This document shows, piece after piece, positions 17,044-26,449 of a DNA stretch of 58,535 nucleotides. The notes below the pieces were generated by a model, which was not told the DNA's origin, ran no database searches, and saw only the letters and a program-made list of their open reading frames with translations. Made by a program: the position numbers and the translations under genes. Origin of the DNA: Dehalococcoidia bacterium (GTDB lineage: Bacteria > Chloroflexota > Dehalococcoidia > GIF9 > AB-539-J10). Every line of letters begins with the position of its first letter. Within the stretch, counting starts at the first letter, position 1. The DNA lies in NCBI GenBank assembly GCA_046483735.1, contig JAWOCP010000023.1, positions 1-58,535 of the forward strand. Reading direction: 5' to 3'.

Positions 17044-17361
17044 TTATGCAGAATACCCTCTGCCCTGAAACTCTGATTCTCTCACCGTCAGGAATATAGT
17101 GGCCAGCAGGCCGGGTATGAACGGGACAGCAATAGCGGAGCAAATAGCACCAGCCAGAGCCAGTTTGAACCGTCTCCTCCTGAATGTATAGTAAGCACCG
17201 ACGAAGGCCATAATCATCAGAGCCAGTGCCAGCACGGTCAGTAATCCGGTGAGAGCGATTGAAAGACCTCCAAAGACAAACATAACCCCGACTGCCAGGC
17301 TTGCCCCGATCATGGCTCCCAATCCGCCAATTATCATCAGGATGCCTGCTGCTATTCTCAT
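17044..17361 (-). CDS. small polytopic membrane protein
   Basis: MRIAAGILMIIGGLGAMIGASLAVGVMFVFGGLSIALTGLLTVLALALMIMAFVGAYY... has 3-4 hydrophobic helices. The ORF-track start at 17391 adds 10 residues. Confidence 0.6.
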   Translation of the reverse strand: MRIAAGILMIIGGLGAMIGASLAVGVMFVFGGLSIALTGLLTVLALALMIMAFVGAYYTFRRRRFKLALAGAICSAIAVPFIPGLLATIFLTVRESEFQGRGYSA

Positions 17362-17403
17362 ATCAGCTTCCTTACGGGGCTTTGCGAGCAAATTGCTTTG
17401 CCA

Positions 17404-17961
17404 TCATGGAGACACCGCACTTATGGTGACCTGGGTTTGCATCTCCCTGCCGCCGATGAAGTCGCTCGGAGTGAGCAGTCTGAGGCCGAACTTCTTGCTG
17501 GCGCCGGGCGCCAGGCTGGAGCCATCGCCATATGGCCAGAACTCGCCCTGTGTTTTCGTGATAGGAACATAGCCATCGTTGTAGGGGCCGCGTGTGGTAT
17601 CGCCAAGTATGCGGAACCATAACCCATACACGTGCTCCCCGTTGAGTCCGTCGTTGCTCAATGTCCACTTGTACACATCGGGATTATCCACCCATTTGGC
17701 GTCTTCCCCCACGACAAAGATGTTCACGTCGGAATTCCCGGTCACGGTCAGGGTGCACCACTCTATGGCCGGCTTGGTGTAGTATTCTGTATCCGGGGCC
17801 ACTGTCCCCAGCGGCCATTGCGTTACATCGAGACTGATGGAAATCCCCTCGGACCCTGTCATAGTGATGGTTATGGTTTCGCTTTCCTCGGCCAGAACTG
17901 GCAACGAAAAGATGAGGGCCAATACGATGGCCAGCGGTATGCTTTTGATCACTGCTTTCAT
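17404..17961 (-). CDS. secreted protein of unknown function
   Basis: 185 aa with signal peptide MKAVIKSIPLAIVLALIFSLPVLAEE and a beta-rich mature part. It contains YKWTLSNDG and GLWFRIL (W-x-L-like). It is first in a tight three-gene minus-strand set with gaps of 12 and 26 nt. Confidence 0.65.
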   Translation of the reverse strand: MKAVIKSIPLAIVLALIFSLPVLAEESETITITMTGSEGISISLDVTQWPLGTVAPDTEYYTKPAIEWCTLTVTGNSDVNIFVVGEDAKWVDNPDVYKWTLSNDGLNGEHVYGLWFRILGDTTRGPYNDGYVPITKTQGEFWPYGDGSSLAPGASKKFGLRLLTPSDFIGGREMQTQVTISAVSP

Positions 17962-18093
17962 CTACATGCCCGACTTTGATGAAGCTTTGCCCACGCTGTA
18001 ATACCTGGCCAACATGTTATGAGATTTCTCCTCGCAAGACAAAGCAAGCAAACGCCTATCCAAAATCCTATTTTATATTATATCACCTCAGCG

Positions 18094-18231
18094 CTATCGG
18101 CAAGTCCGGGCCAAACCAACCGCCACAACCACCAGGACGATGATGACGATGGCCCCAATCGTTAGCGGGGTCCGTCTATAAGCCTTGGCAAGCCTGCGTT
18201 CAGCCTGTCTTCTTCTCCGTCTGCTGCCCAT
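18094..18231 (-). CDS. possible 45-aa membrane mini-protein (below the ORF-track size cut-off)
   Basis: My translation is MGSRRRRRQAERRLAKAYRRTPLTIGAIVIIVLVVVAVGLARTCR*. The layout (Arg-rich N-terminus plus one TM helix) matches the 12244..12504 product. No clear Shine-Dalgarno sequence. Confidence 0.3.
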   Translation of the reverse strand: MGSRRRRRQAERRLAKAYRRTPLTIGAIVIIVLVVVAVGLARTCR

Positions 18232-18418
18232 GATGTCCTGCCCATATACTCCCTTCATTATAACAATTTCGTCCGGTTACCTGCCGATGGTATTCTCGAG
18301 GCCACTTTGCCGAGGCCGAGATACACGGGTAACACCAAAAACTAATGGTATGTTCATTGGTAACGACACTCGGGGTGTGGTAGAATTGGCCGATTTTGGT
18401 GATACTTAACCAGCACAA

Positions 18419-19306
18419 ATGGCAGTCAACTGGGCACAGGTACTATTCAATTCGGCAGTCACGGGCAGCCTTTATCTGATTGGGGCGGTCGGCCTTACCT
18501 TGACCTATGGCCTGTCCGGTTTTCCCAACTTCGCCTACGCTGAATTCATTACCCTGGGTGGCTATATGGGTTATCTCGTGGCCCGCCAGCTGGGCCTTGG
18601 CTTTCCTCTTGCCTTTGTCGCGGCCTTCCTGGCTTCCGGGATATTGGGAGCTCTGGCATATCGAGGAGTCTTCCGTTTCTTAGCCAACCGGGGAGCCAAC
18701 AAGATCCACCTCATGGTAGCGTCGATAGGGCTCGGCTTCGTTATCAGGCATATCATCGGCGACATATGGGGCCATCCGGCCGTCACGCTGGGGATTAGCT
18801 GGCCTGCCTTCAACATCGGTCCCCTCAGGGTTACTAACCTCTGGCTGGGACTCATCGCCACGGCACTGGTTGTGGCATTGATTATGCACCTCTTGCTGAC
18901 GAGGACAAAGACAGGCAAAGCCATTCGGGGAATCTCCACTAACCCGGAATTGGCTTTAGCTTCGGGTATCAGTATTGAACGGGTGACTCTGGTGACCTGG
19001 GCAGGCGGGGCGGCACTGGCAGGTGTCGCCGGTCTATTCTGGGCAGCGATGGCCGCGCTTTCGCCGCTCCTGGGCTGGGCACGAATTTTGCCTGTGTTCG
19101 CGGTTACGATACTGGGAGGAATAGGCAGCTTCTATGGAGCCTTTGCCGCTGCTTTCATCATCGGTCTGGCGGAGAACATTGGGGTGGTGGCGCTGACGCA
19201 GTTCGGAATCTCAACTGAATATCGCATGGCGATAGCCTTCATAATCTTAATCATAACTTTGATTGTAAGGCCGCAAGGGCTGGCAAAGGCCTTCAGGAGG
19301 ACATGA
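18419..19306 (+). CDS. livH: branched-chain amino acid ABC transporter permease (LivH type)
   Basis: 295 aa, multi-TM. N-terminus QVLFNSAVTGSLYLIGAVGLTLTYG is typical of LivH. It is followed by livM/G/F-type genes with overlapping junctions. Confidence 0.85.
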   Translation: MAVNWAQVLFNSAVTGSLYLIGAVGLTLTYGLSGFPNFAYAEFITLGGYMGYLVARQLGLGFPLAFVAAFLASGILGALAYRGVFRFLANRGANKIHLMVASIGLGFVIRHIIGDIWGHPAVTLGISWPAFNIGPLRVTNLWLGLIATALVVALIMHLLLTRTKTGKAIRGISTNPELALASGISIERVTLVTWAGGAALAGVAGLFWAAMAALSPLLGWARILPVFAVTILGGIGSFYGAFAAAFIIGLAENIGVVALTQFGISTEYRMAIAFIILIITLIVRPQGLAKAFRRT

Positions 19307-20247
19307 ACTTGGCGCCACTAGTGCTTTTTGCAGACATATTCGTGTTTGTTGGCATCTTTGCCATAGTGGCTTTGAGCCTTAACCTGGAGTATGGCTTCAC
19401 CGGGTTGGGGAATTTTGGCAAAGTGGCCTTTTTTCTGGCGGGAGCTTATACCTATGCCATTTTAATGGCTCGGACTGAACTTCCCTTCTATCTTGCTCTT
19501 ATAATAGCGATGCTGGTATCCGCTGCTATCGGTCTCCTCGTTTCCCTGCCAGCTCTGAGGTTGCGGGAAGACTATCTGGCGATAGTGACCCTGTCTATCG
19601 GCGAAATACTCAGGCTGTTCGTTAAAGCCGAGGATTGGCTTGCCCACGGTGTCTGGGGGATTACTGTGCCCTCGGCCATCCGCTGGTCGGGCATGTCCGT
19701 CATAGAGATGAGAATGGTCAATTTAGGGCTGGTGTATTTTTGCCTGATTCTCTGTTTTATCTTTATCCAGTTGCTGACCAGGTCACCTTATGGCCGTGTT
19801 CTTCGGGCTATCAGGGAAGACGAGGTGGCGGCGGAAGCCCTGGGAAAGGACCGGGTCAAGTACAAAGCTCAGGTATTCATGCTGGGTTCGGCCTTAGCCG
19901 GTCTTGGCGGTGGTCTTTTTGCCCAGTACATGCGGTTCATTGACCCTTATATGTTCATGCCTATGGTCACATTTACGGTGTGGATAATGGTTATTGTTGG
20001 TGGCCCGGGCAATAACTGGGGGGTATTGCTGGGGGCGGCCATCGTTGAAGCTTTTCGGCGGGGGGCAATAGTAATTAAAGACTACCTACATCTGCCTATC
20101 GACCCGATTAACCTCCAGTACATTATGTTTGGTGTCCTGGTCATATTTCTCCTGGCCTACCGCCCACAAGGGCTGTTAAAGGAGCGCCAGGTCGAGACCA
20201 GGGCAATAGAGGTAGTTCAGAAATGGAAGAATCGCTCCTCAAGATAG
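19303..20247 (+). CDS. livM: branched-chain amino acid ABC transporter permease (LivM type)
   Basis: 314 aa, multi-TM, with LNLEYGFTGLGNFGKVAFFLAGAYT and REDEVAAEALGKD motifs. Confidence 0.85.
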   Translation: MNLAPLVLFADIFVFVGIFAIVALSLNLEYGFTGLGNFGKVAFFLAGAYTYAILMARTELPFYLALIIAMLVSAAIGLLVSLPALRLREDYLAIVTLSIGEILRLFVKAEDWLAHGVWGITVPSAIRWSGMSVIEMRMVNLGLVYFCLILCFIFIQLLTRSPYGRVLRAIREDEVAAEALGKDRVKYKAQVFMLGSALAGLGGGLFAQYMRFIDPYMFMPMVTFTVWIMVIVGGPGNNWGVLLGAAIVEAFRRGAIVIKDYLHLPIDPINLQYIMFGVLVIFLLAYRPQGLLKERQVETRAIEVVQKWKNRSSR

Positions 20248-20984
20248 AAGAGGTCGGGAAACACTTTGGTGGGCTGTGGGCCGTCAATGGTGCCAGTCTC
20301 GATGTTGCTCGTGGCAGCATTACCGCTCTGGTAGGACCCAACGGCAGCGGCAAGACCACTCTGTTCAGTGTCGTCTTCGGTCTGTACAAGCCGGACGGGG
20401 GTTGTGTTTTTTTCAATGGTGAGCGTATCGACCGCCTCACTCCCCATAAAATCTACACTAAGGGCATGGTTCATGCCTTTCAAATACCGAGGTTGTTTTC
20501 CCGTCTGACCGTTCTGGACAATATGCTCCTGGCGGCAAGGGGACACAGAGGCGACGGCTTCTTTAATAGTGTGTTGTTCAGGCAAGGCTGGAAAGCTCAG
20601 GAAAGAGAGCTGGCGATTAAGGCCCTGGAACTGCTCCATCTCCTTGAGCTGGACCGTTTGAGTCTTTCCCCTGCCGGTGAGTTATCCGGCGGACAAAGGA
20701 AACTTCTCGAGATAGGTAGAGGTCTGATGGCAGACCCGGTATTGTTGCTCCTGGATGAGCCGGCGGCTGGTGTTAACCCTAACCTGGGGCGCAAGATTTT
20801 TGAGAAAATTGAATTCTTCCGCCAGCGAGGGCTCAGCTTTTTCATTATCGAGCACAGGTTGGAGATACTGTTTGATTTCGCCGACTGGGTTTATGTCATG
20901 GACAGGGGAAAGGTAGCCATCGAAGGTAGACCGAAGGAAGTGGCCAACGATTCTAGTTTCTATAAGATATATCTGGGAGACTGA
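20223..20984 (+). CDS. livG: ABC transporter ATP-binding protein (LivG type)
   Basis: Walker A GPNGSGKTT, signature LSGGQRKLLEIGRGL, Walker B LLLLDEP. Confidence 0.9.
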   Translation: MEESLLKIEEVGKHFGGLWAVNGASLDVARGSITALVGPNGSGKTTLFSVVFGLYKPDGGCVFFNGERIDRLTPHKIYTKGMVHAFQIPRLFSRLTVLDNMLLAARGHRGDGFFNSVLFRQGWKAQERELAIKALELLHLLELDRLSLSPAGELSGGQRKLLEIGRGLMADPVLLLLDEPAAGVNPNLGRKIFEKIEFFRQRGLSFFIIEHRLEILFDFADWVYVMDRGKVAIEGRPKEVANDSSFYKIYLGD

Positions 20985-21701
20985 ATGGAAAGCATATTTG
21001 TTGCCGAAGATATCGTTGCCGGTTATGGGGATGTGAAGATTGTGCATAATGTCTCCGTCAGTGTAGACGCGGGAGAGATTGTGGCTATAATCGGTCCCAA
21101 CGGTAGCGGCAAATCAACTTTGATAAAGAGCCTTCTCGGCTTTGCCCGCCTCTTTGGTGGCCGGGTCCTTTGCGCCGGCAGAGATATCACCGGTGTTTCT
21201 CCCGACCGCGCCGTGACTCTGGGCATAAACTACGTACCTCAAGTCAACAACGTTTTTGTCAACTTGACGGTGGCGGAAAATCTGGAGTTGGGAGCCTATA
21301 CCAGGAAGGACGGCAATGTCAAAGCAGATATTGCGGAAGTCTATCAATTGTTCCCGGAGCTGGAGGCAAGGAAGAAGGCCTGGGCAGGTAACTTGAGTGG
21401 CGGGGAGCGGCAGATGCTGGCCCTCGCCCGGGCAATGATGACCAAGCCGGGGGTACTGCTTCTTGACGAGCCGCTGGCTTCGCTGGCACCCAGGGCCATT
21501 TCTCCCATTTTGACAAAAGTGGAGAAGATTAGAGAGAGCGGCACAGCAGTAGTAATTGTTGAGCAAAGTGTCAAGAAGGCTTTAGAGGTCTCGCGCCGGT
21601 GCTATGCTCTGGTGGATGGTCGCTGCGTCCTGGAGGGCGACTCCATGTTCATCCTGTCCGATGAGACAGCCAAACAACGCTTCCTGGGGCTGAAAGCTTG
21701 A
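20985..21701 (+). CDS. livF: ABC transporter ATP-binding protein (LivF type)
   Basis: Walker A GPNGSGKST, signature LSGGERQMLALARAM, Walker B LLLDEP. Confidence 0.9.
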   Translation: MESIFVAEDIVAGYGDVKIVHNVSVSVDAGEIVAIIGPNGSGKSTLIKSLLGFARLFGGRVLCAGRDITGVSPDRAVTLGINYVPQVNNVFVNLTVAENLELGAYTRKDGNVKADIAEVYQLFPELEARKKAWAGNLSGGERQMLALARAMMTKPGVLLLDEPLASLAPRAISPILTKVEKIRESGTAVVIVEQSVKKALEVSRRCYALVDGRCVLEGDSMFILSDETAKQRFLGLKA

Positions 21702-21804
21702 AAGCGTTTGTCCAATCTATTTCCTGCCAAAGCTGAGATACATAGGTGACACTAACCGTATATTTGAGCGGTCTGCAACCAGGACACTGAACGAGTACAC
21801 GGTA

Positions 21805-21833
21805 TTGACAGGTGAAATAACATAAGGTAAAAT
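21805..21833 (+). promoter_or_regulatory. near-consensus sigma70 promoter upstream of the peptide-binding protein gene
   Basis: TTGACA (21805-21810), 17-nt spacer, TAAAAT (21828-21833). This is about 160 nt upstream of ATG 21992. Confidence 0.5.
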
Positions 21834-21991
21834 GGTAGCTCGTGGGGTTAGTGCCCTGGTTCGAGTCACTGTGGTTTTTCCAGACGGCTATACTTGGAGA
21901 TGACTCTATCGTCACGAATAAGGAGGGAGATTATGTGAAATTAATGTTACCGTTGGTTATCAATTCCAATTACGAGAAGGAGGAAAGTTAG

Positions 21992-23548
21992 ATGTCGAAA
22001 TTCAAAATCATGAAGATAGCGTTGGCAAGCTTACTGGTAGTAGGTCTATTGGCTGTGGGGTGTCCCACCCCCGAGCCGGTGGAGAGGCTCACGATTGCTC
22101 AGGGAACGGACGCCCTCACCATGGACCCTCATTTCATAGTTGATTCGCCGACTGCCAGTGTGCTGGAGCATATGTATGAGACCCTTGTGGAGCTGACAGT
22201 TGACGGTGAGCTGGTGCCAGGCCTGGCAACTGGATGGGAGGTAACTGAGGGTGCTACCGTGTTCACCCTCACCATCAGGGAAGGTGTGCAGTTCCATGAT
22301 GGCGAGCCGCTGAATGCCGCAGCGGTGAAGGCGAACCTCGACCGCAGGCTCGACTCCGAGGCAGGAACGGAAATGATGTTCCTGGTAGCACAGATAGCAG
22401 AGGTAAACGTGCTTGGTGATTACACGGTGGAGATAAAGACCACAGAACCGTTCGCACCGATGCTCAATCACCTCAGCCACAGCAATAACGCTATGGTGAG
22501 CCCGGCGGCATTAAATGTATCCTGGGATGAGCCGGTGACCACGCCGGTGGGGACCGGCCCCTTCGAATTCAAGAGCCGGGTACCCGGTGACAGGCTGACC
22601 ATGGTGCGGAACGATGATTACTGGGGTACGGCACCCCAACTGGAGGAGATAGTGTGGCGGGTCATCCCTGATGATGCTTCCCGTGTCATCGCGCTGGAGA
22701 CAGGCGAGGTTGACGTCATAGTGCGCGTTCCGCCTCTGGACATCCCGCGCCTGGAGGCAGACGCCGACATAGATGTTGAGATAGCTCCCAGCGTCAGGAC
22801 AATCTTCCTCGGTTTCAATGTCCGCGAGGCACCGTTGAATAACCAGGATGTAAGACAGGCCCTGAACTACGCGGTGGACAAAGAGGCTATTGTGGAGAAC
22901 ATTTTGGGCGGGGTCGGACGCGTATCCGATGCCCCCATAAGCCCGGGCATTTTCGGCTACGATTCCATAATGACCTACGGGTATAATGCTACCCTGGCTG
23001 AAGAGATGCTGGACGATGCCGGCTATCCCAGGGATGGGGGAGGAACCAGGTTTGCAATTGAGCTGTCGCCCGCCGTGGGCAGATACTATATGGATGTCGA
23101 GGTTGCCCAGGCGGCGGCTGCCGACCTGGAAGCAATAGGGATAGACGTCACTCTGAATACGATGGACTGGGGAACATACATCACCTGGATACTGGCTACC
23201 CCGGAGGAGGCAGAAGTCTATCAGTTGGGCTGGGGCTGTATAACCGTCGATGCCGACTATGGACTTTTCCCCATGTTCCATTCTGAGGAGGTGCGTCCTG
23301 CCGGGTTCAACCTCGGCGCCTACAACAATACCGCGGTGGACGCGTTTCTGGAAACAGGCAGGACGACGGCAGACCCGGCATTGCGTGAGGCTGCCTACAA
23401 GGACGCTATGGAGATAATCATGGACGAGGCTCCCTGGTTGTTCTTGCACAGCGAGTCCCAGGTAGTGGCCAGCGCAACCTATGTTAAGGGCCTGCTGGTG
23501 CACGTCACAGAGAGGCTGCTGGCGCATAACGCCTGGCTGGATAACTAG
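21992..23548 (+). CDS. ABC transporter substrate-binding protein, family 5 (peptide/nickel, OppA/DppA-like)
   Basis: 518 aa. The N-terminal lipoprotein-like signal ends LLAVGC. Motifs include LTIAQGTDALTMDPH and TFTLREGVQFHDGEPLNAAAV-type sequences. Opp/Dpp permeases follow. Confidence 0.85.
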   Translation: MSKFKIMKIALASLLVVGLLAVGCPTPEPVERLTIAQGTDALTMDPHFIVDSPTASVLEHMYETLVELTVDGELVPGLATGWEVTEGATVFTLTIREGVQFHDGEPLNAAAVKANLDRRLDSEAGTEMMFLVAQIAEVNVLGDYTVEIKTTEPFAPMLNHLSHSNNAMVSPAALNVSWDEPVTTPVGTGPFEFKSRVPGDRLTMVRNDDYWGTAPQLEEIVWRVIPDDASRVIALETGEVDVIVRVPPLDIPRLEADADIDVEIAPSVRTIFLGFNVREAPLNNQDVRQALNYAVDKEAIVENILGGVGRVSDAPISPGIFGYDSIMTYGYNATLAEEMLDDAGYPRDGGGTRFAIELSPAVGRYYMDVEVAQAAAADLEAIGIDVTLNTMDWGTYITWILATPEEAEVYQLGWGCITVDADYGLFPMFHSEEVRPAGFNLGAYNNTAVDAFLETGRTTADPALREAAYKDAMEIIMDEAPWLFLHSESQVVASATYVKGLLVHVTERLLAHNAWLDN

Positions 23549-23582
23549 TAGACGACAACGTGGTATAGTACGATGTCGGGCA

Positions 23583-23623
23583 GGGTCGGCTCCCCTCGGG
23601 TTATATAATAGGGGAGCCGACCC
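23583..23623 (+). promoter_or_regulatory. strong intercistronic stem-loop between the binding-protein and permease genes
   Basis: gggtcggctcccct / aggggagccgaccc form a perfect 14-bp stem with a 13-nt loop. There is no following U-tract, so it is more likely a processing or stability element or a partial attenuator than a full terminator. Confidence 0.5.
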
Positions 23624-23653
23624 TCGTTGGTCGGCCGGGGCGGTGATTAAGCT

Positions 23654-24574
23654 ATGTCACAGTATATTATCCGAAGGCTGTTGATAACACTCCTGCTGCT
23701 CTTGGCAATCACCCTCATCATCTTCACCCTGGTCAGGCTTATCCCCGGTGACCCGGCTGTCCTGATGGCCGGCCAGGGCGCCACGCAGGAGCAAATAGAG
23801 ATAACCAGGGCGCGTCTCGGCCTGGATAAGCACCCCGTGAAGCAGTATTTCATCTTCATGGGCAACTTGCTGCGGGGCGACATGGGTGTGTCCTCTCGTA
23901 CCAGGTTGCCGGTAAGCGAAGAGATAATGCACCGCCTTCCCCACACCTTACGCCTGGCCGGTGCTGCCATGCTCATCGCCATCGTGGTGGGCGTTTCGGC
24001 CGGCGTCGTCGCCGGAATAAGACGGAATTCTGTCTTTGACTATGCAAGTATGCTCCTCGCCCTGTTCGGGTTATCGATGCCCGTATTCTGGCTGGGGTTG
24101 ATGCTGTTGCTGTTGTTCTCCGTCCATCTGGGGTGGCTGCCGGGACCGGGGGCTGAGACCTGGAGACACCTGGTATTGCCGGCTGTCACCCTGGGAGCCG
24201 CCTCCACCGCTATCGTCGCCAGGATGACCCGCTCCAGCATGCTGGAGGTAGTACGACTGGACTATGTGCGCACCGCCCGGGCCAAGGGCTTGACGGAAAG
24301 AGTGGTCATCCTTCGCCATGCTCTGAAGAATGCACTTATCCCGGTGGTCACCGTCATCGGACTACAGATGGGGCTTCTTCTCGGCGGGGCCGTGCTTACC
24401 GAAATCGTCTTCGCCTGGCCCGGGATAGGCAGGCTCCTGGTGGACGCTATCCTGGCCCGTGACTATCCTGTGATTCAGGGAGTGGTGCTGCTTATCGCTG
24501 CCATGTTCATACTGGTAAACCTGGTGGTCGACATTATTTACGTCTACCTTGACCCGCGAATACGCTATCAGTAG
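23654..24574 (+). CDS. peptide ABC transporter permease (DppB/OppB type)
   Basis: MSQYIIRRLLITLLLLLAITLIIFTLVRLIPGDP is the classic OppB N-terminus. The EAA-loop region is YVRTARAKGL. Confidence 0.9.
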   Translation: MSQYIIRRLLITLLLLLAITLIIFTLVRLIPGDPAVLMAGQGATQEQIEITRARLGLDKHPVKQYFIFMGNLLRGDMGVSSRTRLPVSEEIMHRLPHTLRLAGAAMLIAIVVGVSAGVVAGIRRNSVFDYASMLLALFGLSMPVFWLGLMLLLLFSVHLGWLPGPGAETWRHLVLPAVTLGAASTAIVARMTRSSMLEVVRLDYVRTARAKGLTERVVILRHALKNALIPVVTVIGLQMGLLLGGAVLTEIVFAWPGIGRLLVDAILARDYPVIQGVVLLIAAMFILVNLVVDIIYVYLDPRIRYQ

Positions 24575-24581
24575 TAAGCCT

Positions 24582-25463
24582 ATGAAAGAGGTATCTGACA
24601 TAGTTAAGGTGAGGGAACAGGGCCGGCTGGGATTGACCATGTCCCGGCTGCGGCAGAACAAGCTGGCCGTAGCCGGGCTGGTCATTATAGCCTTACTGGT
24701 CATCGTTGCCATTTTCGCGCCGCTGATAGCACCAAATCATCCGACCAGGGACTACTCTCTTGCCGACAGGTTGGCCGACCCCTCCTCTGACTACCCGTTA
24801 GGCAGGGATGAACTGGGCAGGTGTATCCTGAGCCGAATCATGTACGGCGCCCGTATCTCGCTGCTCATCGGGTTCATAGTGATTGGCATTGGGCTGGCGG
24901 TGGGGGTACCGCTGGGGCTGGTCTCGGGTTACTACGGGGGTAAGGTCGATTTTCTGATACAGCGCGGCGTAGATACCATATTGGCTTTTCCCGGCATACT
25001 GCTGGCGCTGATGCTCGTTGCCATCCTCGGAGTGGGGCTTCAGAATGTAATGATTGCCGTGGGGATAACCACCATACCTATCTATGCCCGCCTGGTCAGG
25101 GGCTCGGTGTTGTCCATAAGAGAGGAACAGTTTGTGGAAGCAGCCAGGGCCGTTGGCGGCAGCGATGCCAGGATAATGTTCAGGCATGTGCTGCCCAATT
25201 GCCTGGCGCCGCTGATAGTCCAGTCCACGCTTCACATGGCTACCGCTATCCTGTGGGCGGCGGGACTGGGCTTCCTGGGGCTGGGGGTGCAGCCCCCCCG
25301 CGCGGAGTGGGGGGCCATGCTTAACGGCGGCAGGCCCTATATGCGGGTTGCCCCCCATGTTGCCATCTTCCCCGGCCTGGCTATCTTCGCTACCGTCCTG
25401 GGTTTCAATTTGCTGGGGGACGGTCTCAGGGACGCCCTGGACCCCAGGCTCCACCGGGAATGA
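24582..25463 (+). CDS. peptide ABC transporter permease (DppC/OppC type)
   Basis: LRQNKLAVAGLVIIALLVIVAIFAPLIAP, ...PLGRDELGRCILSRIMYGARISL, EAA-loop FVEAARAVGGS. Start taken at ATG 24582; the ORF-track TTG at 24549 is an alternative. Confidence 0.85.
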   Translation: MKEVSDIVKVREQGRLGLTMSRLRQNKLAVAGLVIIALLVIVAIFAPLIAPNHPTRDYSLADRLADPSSDYPLGRDELGRCILSRIMYGARISLLIGFIVIGIGLAVGVPLGLVSGYYGGKVDFLIQRGVDTILAFPGILLALMLVAILGVGLQNVMIAVGITTIPIYARLVRGSVLSIREEQFVEAARAVGGSDARIMFRHVLPNCLAPLIVQSTLHMATAILWAAGLGFLGLGVQPPRAEWGAMLNGGRPYMRVAPHVAIFPGLAIFATVLGFNLLGDGLRDALDPRLHRE

Positions 25464-25467
25464 CGGC

Positions 25468-26445
25468 CTATGCATTGTGGCAGGAGACCAGGTGGTCGCC
25501 TGCCACGGTTCTCAACACCGGCGGGTGTTCCCGGCAAATCCCGGTTGCCTGTGGGCAGCGGGGATGAAAGCTACAACCCGGCGGCGGGGATAACGGGCTG
25601 GGAATATCCCCTTCCAGTATTGTCCGCTTCCGCCTCGCCTCCACGGCAGGGTCGGCGATGGGCACCGCTGATAGCAGCGCCCTGGTGTAGGGATGGACCG
25701 CGTTATCGTAAATGTCGGCTTTGGATGCTATCTCCACAATCTTGCCCAGGTACATTACGGCTACTCTATCGCTGATATGGCGCACCACCGACAGGTCGTG
25801 GGCAATGAAAAGATAGGAGAAGTTGAATTGCGATTGAAGCTCCTCCAGGAGGTTTATGGTCTGCGCCTGGATGGAGACGTCCAGGGCTGAGACGGGCTCG
25901 TCACACACGATCAAGGCCGGGCTGACGGCCAGGGCTCTGGCCACGCCAATGCGTTGTCTTTGTCCGCCGCTGAACTCGTGGGGATAGCGGTTTGCCATCG
26001 CCGCACTGAGTCCCACGGCCTGCAAAAGCTCGGCTACCCGGGCTCGATACTCATTGCCCTCCGCCAGACGGTGGACTCTCAACGGTTCGCCGACGATATC
26101 GCCCACCTTCATCCTCGGGTTGAGGGAGCCGTAAGGGTCCTGGAAGATTAACTGCATCTGTCGCCTCAGCTGGCGCAGGGAGTCTCCTTCAAGCTGGCAC
26201 AAATCCCTGCCGTCGAAGATTACTTCGCCCTCAGTAGGACAATAAAGGCGGAGGATGCACCGGCCTGTCGTTGTCTTGCCGCAGCCGCTTTCCCCCACCA
26301 GCCCCAGGGTCTCCCCCCGCCGGATATCAAAGCTAACCCCATCCACCGCTTTGACCTCGGCTATCTTCCTTTGCCGGATTATGCCTTTGGTGACGGGGAA
26401 GTACATCTTGAGGTTCTTGACCTGCACCAGAATATCGTTCGGCAT
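25468..26445 (-). CDS. peptide ABC transporter ATP-binding protein (OppF/DppF type)
   Basis: Walker [10 protein letters not shown], signature [15 protein letters not shown], Walker B IVCDEP, and a C-terminal oligopeptide-type extension (CSFHPRCP). Confidence 0.9.
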   Translation of the reverse strand: MPNDILVQVKNLKMYFPVTKGIIRQRKIAEVKAVDGVSFDIRRGETLGLVGESGCGKTTTGRCILRLYCPTEGEVIFDGRDLCQLEGDSLRQLRRQMQLIFQDPYGSLNPRMKVGDIVGEPLRVHRLAEGNEYRARVAELLQAVGLSAAMANRYPHEFSGGQRQRIGVARALAVSPALIVCDEPVSALDVSIQAQTINLLEELQSQFNFSYLFIAHDLSVVRHISDRVAVMYLGKIVEIASKADIYDNAVHPYTRALLSAVPIADPAVEARRKRTILEGDIPSPLSPPPGCSFHPRCPQATGICREHPPVLRTVAGDHLVSCHNA

Positions 26446-26449
26446 TTTC

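Noticed and set aside
18185-18418. Two overlapping 70-aa ORFs upstream of livH
   Set aside because: There are no RBSs and the composition is odd. The region is more likely the liv promoter and leader (an extended -10 TGGTAGAAT at 18378-18386) plus the 5' end of the candidate mini-ORF on the minus strand.
21836-21885. tRNA-like T-loop motif GGTTCGAGTC in the livF-oppA spacer
   Set aside because: No acceptor, D-arm or anticodon arm can be drawn around it. It is probably just part of the 5' leader of the binding-protein gene.
22511-23527. Long antisense ORFs: 338 aa here, plus 24798..25475, 26255..27271, 43932..44738, 50951..51397, 13488..13847 and others
   Set aside because: Each lies entirely opposite a gene with clear family signatures. 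Their products are low complexity (R/P/G/H-rich), as expected for shadow frames in GC-rich coding DNA.
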